Position numbers and translations under genes: made by a program. Below are positions 1 to 4,144 of a stretch of 5,040 nucleotides of DNA, piece after piece. Within the stretch, counting starts at the first letter, position 1. Every line of letters begins with the position of its first letter. Below the pieces are notes generated by a model that saw nothing but the letters and a program-made list of their open reading frames with translations, was not told the DNA's origin and did not search any database. The stretch is taken from the NCBI GenBank assembly GCA_038833255.1, contig JAWBIX010000030.1, positions 1 to 5,040 of the forward strand, given 5' to 3'. Source of the stretch: Nanopusillaceae archaeon. Its GTDB lineage: Archaea; Nanobdellota; Nanobdellia; Nanobdellales; Nanobdellaceae.

Positions 1-39
1 GAGAAATACATATAACATACAGATAATTAGGCAAACGTA

Positions 40-885
40 ATGAAAAGCGTAAACTTTTTTTTACTTTTTTATATTTCTTCTATTATTTTATTTAATCTTT
101 TGTTTTTTAGTTGTTTTTCAAGAGTGGAAGAATATGAAAAATTACAAAAAGAATACAGTTTATATATAACATCAACAAATATTCCATTATCAATAAAAAG
201 AGATTTTCCGTATAGAATTGGTATAAGAATATATTTATTTGATCAAAATTTAAATTGGAGTATTTGTCTAGCTTCTTTTAGATCTTTAGCTTTTAATCTT
301 ACGGGAGCGAGATGTACTAATAAAATGGAAGAGGGAAGTTATACAGTTTATGAAATAGAATTACCCAAAGATGGATTCATTTATTTTAAAAATCCAGAGT
401 ATCTTATTTCAGACTACGAGAATGTTATTGTAAACTTTTGTTATAATTATTATTCTGTAATAGGATTAGAAGGATGTTTTTATAAGGATAGAATATGCGA
501 ATTAAAAGTTAGTAACATATTTCCTGTTGACGGAGTAATAAGAATTGAAAGGGCAGAATCTTATTATAATGAAGCAGAAAAAAGGTTTTATTTAAGGATA
601 TATTTAATGGTAAGATATGAAGAAAATAAATATATTTTATCTTATCAAGAAATTGAGAAAGATTGTTTTATTAGAGAAAATATAGACAGATTTAGAAGTC
701 AGTATGAGGTTAGATATGCTGGAAAAATATATAAAAACGAAACAGACTTAAGAATAAATTCTCTAAATCAAATAAACATCCCTCTTGATGATATAATCGA
801 AACTCCCAATCTTTATGTGGAAATTAAGTTTAATTACAATATTATAAGAAGAGTATTTTTAGGTCGAGTGAGAATTGAAAAGTAA
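40..885 (+). CDS. Hypothetical secreted or membrane-anchored protein, 281 aa, with an N-terminal signal peptide or anchor and a beta-rich, Cys-containing body
   Basis: Complete ORF, ATG at 40 to TAA at 883-885. The coding strand is purine-rich like the recognised neighbours. The N-terminus MKS + VNFFLLFYISSIILFNLLFFS + C25 (TGT 112-114) looks like a signal peptide or TM anchor with a loose lipobox-like FFSC. The remainder has alternating hydrophobic beta-strand patterns (YRIGIRIYLF, SYTVYEIELP, RFYLRIYLMVRY, LYVEIKFNY), 6 further Cys and sequons NWS, NLT, NET. I recognise no family. An ATATAA-like element at about 10-15 lies 25-30 nt upstream of the ATG. Confidence 0.6.
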   Translation: MKSVNFFLLFYISSIILFNLLFFSCFSRVEEYEKLQKEYSLYITSTNIPLSIKRDFPYRIGIRIYLFDQNLNWSICLASFRSLAFNLTGARCTNKMEEGSYTVYEIELPKDGFIYFKNPEYLISDYENVIVNFCYNYYSVIGLEGCFYKDRICELKVSNIFPVDGVIRIERAESYYNEAEKRFYLRIYLMVRYEENKYILSYQEIEKDCFIRENIDRFRSQYEVRYAGKIYKNETDLRINSLNQINIPLDDIIETPNLYVEIKFNYNIIRRVFLGRVRIEK

Positions 886-888
886 GAA

Positions 889-897
889 TTTTAATTA
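889..897 (+). promoter_or_regulatory. Candidate archaeal TATA box for the aIF2a-nop10-PAC2 transcription unit
   Basis: TTTTAATTA is centred about 25 nt upstream of the ATG at 918, inside a 32-nt spacer. No Shine-Dalgarno-like sequence is visible, so a leaderless or very short-leader mRNA is plausible. In DNA this AT-rich, TATA-like strings are common by chance. Confidence 0.3.
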
Positions 898-904
898 TTT
901 TTTT
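898..904 (+). terminator. Oligo-T (T7) tract, a possible archaeal intrinsic terminator for ORF 40-885
   Basis: TTTTTTT begins 13 nt after the TAA stop at 883-885. Archaeal RNAP terminates at oligo-T runs. The tract abuts the putative TATA of the next gene. Confidence 0.25.
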
Positions 905-917
905 CTCAAAAAATAAT

Positions 918-1676
918 ATGTATCTTAGAAAAGATTTCCCAAAGAAAGGAGATATTGTAATTGCAACTATAAAAGAGATTAGTGATATATCTATAAAAGC
1001 AATATTGAACGAATATGAGAATTTTGTTGGTTTTATTCCAATAGATGAAGTATCTTCCAAAAGAATTACCAATGTTAGAGAAGTTGTCCATGAAGACAAA
1101 ATGGTAGCGTGTTATGTTTTAGATGTAGATGAAAAAGCAAGAATAGCTACTTTATCTTTAAAAAGAGTTGATGAAAATAGAAGAAAAGCAAAAATTTCAG
1201 AATATAAAAAAGAAAAACAAGCATATTTTTTACTAAAATCTTTTTGTGAAAATAATGAATTAAATATAGACGAAGTTATAGATAGAATCATTTATAAAGG
1301 AAAAAAGCTATTTGAAGTATTTAACGAAACTTATATAAATGGACCCGAAATTTTAGAAAATTATGATATAGATAAAAAAATAGCTAAAAAATTATATAAA
1401 TATTTAAAAGAAAACTATTCTGTTCCTACATATAAACTAAAAGTTATATTAGATTTGTATTCTGTAAGAGAAGACGGTATTATTGTTTTAAAGAAATTTT
1501 TAGAAGAATTAGAGAAATTAGGATTTAATATAAAGTACTTGGGAGCACCATCCTATCTTATACAATATGTTTCGTATAATCCTAAAGAAATAAATGAAAA
1601 AAGAAAAATTTTAATGAATTATATTGAAGAAAATGCTAAAAAATTAAATTTAATTTATCAAGTTAATGAGGAATAA
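918..1676 (+). CDS. eif2a: Translation initiation factor 2 alpha subunit (aIF2-alpha)
   Basis: 252-aa ORF. The N-terminal S1/OB motif pattern PKKGDIVIATIKEI...GFIPIDEVSSKRITNVREVV...VACYVLDVDEKARIATLSLKRV, followed by RRKAKISEYKKEKQA, matches the conserved aIF2a/eIF2a layout. It is followed by nop10, the classical archaeal gene pair. Confidence 0.9.
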   Translation: MYLRKDFPKKGDIVIATIKEISDISIKAILNEYENFVGFIPIDEVSSKRITNVREVVHEDKMVACYVLDVDEKARIATLSLKRVDENRRKAKISEYKKEKQAYFLLKSFCENNELNIDEVIDRIIYKGKKLFEVFNETYINGPEILENYDIDKKIAKKLYKYLKENYSVPTYKLKVILDLYSVREDGIIVLKKFLEELEKLGFNIKYLGAPSYLIQYVSYNPKEINEKRKILMNYIEENAKKLNLIYQVNEE

Positions 1677-1848
1677 AGAAATAAGAAAATGCAAACATTG
1701 TAAAATATATACTTTTAAGGAAATTTGTCCTAAATGTAAAAATAAAACTTTTAGAGTCATCCCACCGAAATTTTCTCCCGAAGATAAATGGGGTGATTAC
1801 CGGAGAAAAAATAAAAGAGAATATTTATATAAACTTGGTTATCTATGA
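1666..1848 (+). CDS. nop10: H/ACA ribonucleoprotein complex subunit Nop10
   Basis: 60 aa. It has an intact zinc ribbon (IRKCKHCKIYTFKEICPKCKNKT) followed by the signature PPKFSPEDKWGDYRRKNKRE. Its ATG lies inside the last codons of aIF2a (ATGAGGAATAA, 11-nt overlap). Confidence 0.9.
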   Translation: MRNKEIRKCKHCKIYTFKEICPKCKNKTFRVIPPKFSPEDKWGDYRRKNKREYLYKLGYL

Positions 1849-1854
1849 TAAAGG

Positions 1855-2649
1855 ATGGTAAAAATCTTCATAAATAAGAAACTGTATAAAAAAATAAAGA
1901 AACCTATTTTTATATATGCCTTAGGTGGAGGTATGGGAAATGTGGCAAAGTTAGTAGGAAGAAACCTAATAAAAAGATATAATGCAAAAAGAGTAGCAGT
2001 AATAATCTCTAAAGCTTTTCCAGACATTTCTTTTTCAAATAAAGAAGGGATTCTTATTAAACAATATCAGATCAGTTTATATCATTTTAAAAACAAAAAC
2101 AGACATTTCTTAGTTTTATATGGAAACTTGCAACCAGGAGTTTTAGAAGATGTTGGTATTTCTTTAGAAGAAAGATATAATTTAACGTTTTTAATTTTAA
2201 AAATGCTTAAAAAATTAAGAGCAGACCATATAGTGTCTATTGGTGGTTTAGGTCTTGAAATTGAACCAGAGGACCCAAAAATTTTTATAGCAACTAATAA
2301 ATACTTTGATAAAAATAAAATAATTAAAAAAATTAAAGAAAATATTGCAGAATTTCTTAATAATAATGTTGTTGGAATGTCTGGGCTTTTTGTTAGTCTA
2401 GCAAATTATTACAAAATTCCAGCATATATATTATTAGTAGAAACTTACTATTCAAATCAAATTTATGGATATCTAGGGGCTGCAAAAGTGATAGATTTAC
2501 TTTCTAAAATGTATAAATTTGATATAAACTTAGAAGAATTATTGGAAAAAGGAAGAAAAATTAGAAGTGAAATTCAAAAGTTACTTTCGGAAAAGAAGCT
2601 AAGTTTAGATCATTTAAAAGATAAAAAAATACCTTACTATTTTGGTTGA
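1855..2649 (+). CDS. PAC2-family proteasome assembly chaperone (PbaA/PbaB-like, COG1938)
   Basis: 264 aa. The pattern PIFIYALGGGMGNVAKLVGRNLI...VAVIISKAFPD...FLVLYGNLQP...IVSIGGLG...VVGMSGLFVSLANYYKIPAYILLVETY matches my memory of the PAC2/DUF75 family. The position after aIF2a-nop10 is the conserved archaeal neighbourhood. The C-terminus is PYYFG. Confidence 0.75.
   Translation: MVKIFINKKLYKKIKKPIFIYALGGGMGNVAKLVGRNLIKRYNAKRVAVIISKAFPDISFSNKEGILIKQYQISLYHFKNKNRHFLVLYGNLQPGVLEDVGISLEERYNLTFLILKMLKKLRADHIVSIGGLGLEIEPEDPKIFIATNKYFDKNKIIKKIKENIAEFLNNNVVGMSGLFVSLANYYKIPAYILLVETYYSNQIYGYLGAAKVIDLLSKMYKFDINLEELLEKGRKIRSEIQKLLSEKKLSLDHLKDKKIPYYFG
2623..2629 (-). terminator. T7 tract on the minus strand downstream of the 160-aa ORF stop, a candidate terminator embedded in PAC2 coding sequence
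   Basis: Plus-strand AAAAAAA at 2623-2629 reads as T7 on the minus strand, beginning 8 nt after the TAG at 2639-2637. It lies within PAC2 codons for DKKI. Confidence 0.3.
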
Positions 2650-3119
2650 TTACTTTTTAATTTTTTAATTTCTTCAGGAGCATACTTTTCTAAGGTTTTA
2701 TATAATACTGTATTTGTTGTCATTAAAATGTTTATTAATCTTGTTAATTCTATTATTCTAGCAGAAATTTGGTTTAAAAGGATGTTTAGATTTTCTTTAC
2801 CAAGTTTTATTTCTTTTTCAGAAGTTAAGATTTTAATTTCTTTTAAATCTAATATTTCTATTTTTGATGGAGCATACCATAATACAAAATCTATCAAATT
2901 TTCAAATTTTTCTGTTTCAGCAAAAATTTCAATATACGATGACCATAACTTTACTTTTCTCCCACCTTCTTCTATTTCTTTTTCTATAGGTTCTTCAACT
3001 TTTATATTTTTCACGCTAATTTCTTTAAATTCTTCAATTTTTTTACTTATTTCATTCAAAAAATTTTTTAATACATCTTTGTCATTTCCTAAAGCTTCAA
3101 TATATGCTTTAAATTGCAT
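2637..3119 (-). CDS. Hypothetical protein, 160 aa, no Cys or His, translationally coupled to rpl44e
   Basis: Complete ORF, ATG 3119-3117 to TAG 2639-2637. Its start shares one nucleotide with the L44e stop (TAATG at 3121-3117). The coding strand is purine-rich like all recognised genes here. The sequence suggests an alpha/beta N-terminal region of about 100 aa (QFKAYIEAL, VKLWSSYIEIFAE, SKIEILDL), then a long amphipathic helix (NLNILLNQISARIIELTRLINILMTTNTVLYKTLEKY) and a Lys-rich tail. I recognise no family. Confidence 0.6.
   Translation of the reverse strand: MQFKAYIEALGNDKDVLKNFLNEISKKIEEFKEISVKNIKVEEPIEKEIEEGGRKVKLWSSYIEIFAETEKFENLIDFVLWYAPSKIEILDLKEIKILTSEKEIKLGKENLNILLNQISARIIELTRLINILMTTNTVLYKTLEKYAPEEIKKLKSNQPK
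2654..2666 (+). terminator. T5 and T6 tracts downstream of the PAC2 stop, a candidate terminator embedded in the convergent gene
   Basis: TTTTTAATTTTTT starts 5 nt after TGA (2647-2649). On the other strand the same bases encode the Lys-rich tail (KKLKS) of ORF 2637-3119. Confidence 0.3.
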
Positions 3120-3433
3120 TATTTAGAAAATGTAGAAAGTTCAACCTTTTTATACCTTCCTTTAATGTTCCATATGTGTTTTTTCTTACAAATAGAACAT
3201 TCTAATCTTATATCAACACCTTTAGATACTTTAAATAATCCTCTTTTTCTTTGAGAAATAGGTCTTTTACTAAATTTTCCTTTGTTTCCCATTCCTTTTT
3301 TTCCTTCTCTACTTCTTCTAGCTCCAAAAGATAGACCACTCCTAGTTTTTACAACTTTTACTATTATTACTTTATGTTCTGTAACAGTGTTACATGTTGG
3401 GCAATACTTTCTGATTGTTTTTGGTAATTTCAT
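3119..3433 (-). CDS. rpl44e: Large-subunit ribosomal protein L44e (eL42)
   Basis: 104 aa. MKLPKTIRKYCPTCNTVTEHKV...KGKFSKRP...VDIRLECSICKKKH matches the L44e consensus, including both CxxC pairs of the zinc ribbon. Confidence 0.9.
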   Translation of the reverse strand: MKLPKTIRKYCPTCNTVTEHKVIIVKVVKTRSGLSFGARRSREGKKGMGNKGKFSKRPISQRKRGLFKVSKGVDIRLECSICKKKHIWNIKGRYKKVELSTFSK

Positions 3434-3454
3434 AAAAATATTCTATCAAAAACA

Positions 3455-3463
3455 TTTTTTAAA
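3455..3463 (-). promoter_or_regulatory. Candidate TATA box (TTTAAAAAA on the minus strand) for rpl44e and the 160-aa ORF
   Basis: A consensus-like archaeal TATA lies 22-30 nt upstream of the L44e ATG (3433), in the 31-nt spacer and directly abutting the GINS stop codon (3467-3465). No SD-like sequence is visible. Read-through from GINS cannot be excluded. Confidence 0.4.
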
Positions 3464-3464
3464 T

Positions 3465-4094
3465 TTATTGATTTTTTATAATTTCTTCAGCTATTTTTTG
3501 TTTAGTACTTAATAGTTTTTCAGCAATATTTTTAGATATTATTAAAATATCACCATAAAACATGGGCCCATAGGTTTTATTTCCAGGTGCTAAAATTTTT
3601 GGAACAAAATCTTGTCTTATTACTATTATGGTTTTATCTTTTGGCTTACTTTTAATATCTTTTTCTTCGAATATACTGAATAATGCTTCTTCATTTGGAT
3701 TTTCCCCATTTATTATTTTTTTAACAACTTCATTTATATAAATAGATATCACTTTATTAGCTATTCTATAAAATATTTTCTCTTCTTCTTGTAATTCTTT
3801 TTCATTTATTATATTTAGCCCTTCTTTAGCTTGTAATATAATACAGTTTAATATTTTTGTAAGTCTTATAATCATAATATCTTTAAGAAGATTCTTAATG
3901 TTATTCAAATTCTCTTGTAAATTTTTTGTTTCTTCCGAAGTGGGATCAGATTTTTCTATTTGTTTTTTTATTTTTTTGATTTCTTCAGATATTCTTTTAA
4001 AGAAATTTGGTGAAATTTTTTCTGGTTTTAAACTTCCTTGTTTTTTTTCTATTTTTTGTAATGAAAAAAGCTCCTCTAGTATATTGATTTCCAT
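3465..4094 (-). CDS. DNA replication complex GINS subunit, Gins51/Gins15-like (Sld5/Psf1 type, A domain then B domain)
   Basis: 209 aa. The N-terminal helical region (LEELFSLQKIEKKQGSLKPEKISPNFFKRISEEI ... IIRLTKILNCII ... EKELQEEEKIFYRI) and the small C-terminal beta domain (TIIVIRQDFVPKILAPGNKTYGPMFYGDILIISKNIAEKLLSTKQKIAEEI) match the archaeal Gins51 pattern as I remember it. This is recognition by eye, not a search. Confidence 0.6.
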   Translation of the reverse strand: MEINILEELFSLQKIEKKQGSLKPEKISPNFFKRISEEIKKIKKQIEKSDPTSEETKNLQENLNNIKNLLKDIMIIRLTKILNCIILQAKEGLNIINEKELQEEEKIFYRIANKVISIYINEVVKKIINGENPNEEALFSIFEEKDIKSKPKDKTIIVIRQDFVPKILAPGNKTYGPMFYGDILIISKNIAEKLLSTKQKIAEEIIKNQ

Positions 4095-4107
4095 TTCTAT
4101 AATATTA

Positions 4108-4128
4108 CAAAAAAATTTATATTATACA
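4108..4128. promoter_or_regulatory. Candidate shared or back-to-back BRE/TATA region in the 50-bp divergent spacer between GINS and reverse gyrase
   Basis: CAAAAAAATTTATATTATACA. On the plus strand, an A-rich stretch and then TTTATATTATA (4116-4126) lie about 19-29 nt upstream of ATG 4145. On the minus strand, TATAATATAAA over the same bases lies about 22-32 nt upstream of ATG 4094. Either way both mRNAs would be leaderless or nearly so. Confidence 0.35.
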
Positions 4129-4144
4129 GTTCTGTTATAAAGTT

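Noticed and set aside
55-62. T8 homopolymer in the signal-peptide coding region of ORF1, considered as a slipped-strand phase-variation switch for a surface protein
   Set aside because: T6-T8 runs are common throughout this window (for example 898-904, 2661-2666 and about 4036-4043), as expected at about 75% A+T with Phe/Lys-rich proteins. Nothing marks this one as special.
842-1099. Two minus-strand ORFs (842-1099 and 906-1091) antisense to the end of ORF1, the spacer and the aIF2a 5' region
   Set aside because: They overlap the confidently recognised aIF2a S1 domain and span its promoter spacer. Their products are hydrophobic and low-complexity with no recognisable motif. They are shadow ORFs.
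1839-2027. 62-aa minus-strand ORF antisense to the nop10/PAC2 junction
   Set aside because: It overlaps the conserved N-terminal GGGMGNVAK region of the PAC2 protein. Its F/I/L-rich product fits a shadow ORF.
2637-3119. Considered the 160-aa ORF as S27e, aEF-1beta (because of an EEPI string), prefoldin alpha (helix, beta, helix layout) or Gins23
   Set aside because: S27e needs a Cys4 zinc ribbon, and this protein has no Cys. EF-1beta is about 90 aa, and the resemblance is a 4-residue string only. The prefoldin hairpin motifs and long N-terminal coiled coil are absent. The helical part is too short for a GINS A domain. None can be supported by eye, so this is left to a profile search.
2728-3126. 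132-aa plus-strand ORF antisense to the 160-aa minus-strand ORF
   Set aside because: The protein is low-complexity and F/S/I/L-rich (MFINLVNSIILAEIWFKRMFRFSLPSFISFSEV...). That is what you get from reading the pyrimidine-rich complement of a purine-rich gene. The minus-strand frame has normal composition and a coupled TAATG start with rpl44e. In AT-rich DNA with few stop codons on the antisense strand, such shadow ORFs are expected.
3282-4140. Plus-strand ORFs 3282-3512 and 3898-4140, antisense to rpl44e and GINS
   Set aside because: Both lie opposite well-supported minus-strand genes and cross putative promoter spacers. Both encode F/S/L/I-rich low-complexity peptides. The plus strand here is pyrimidine-rich, the opposite of every real gene in the window.
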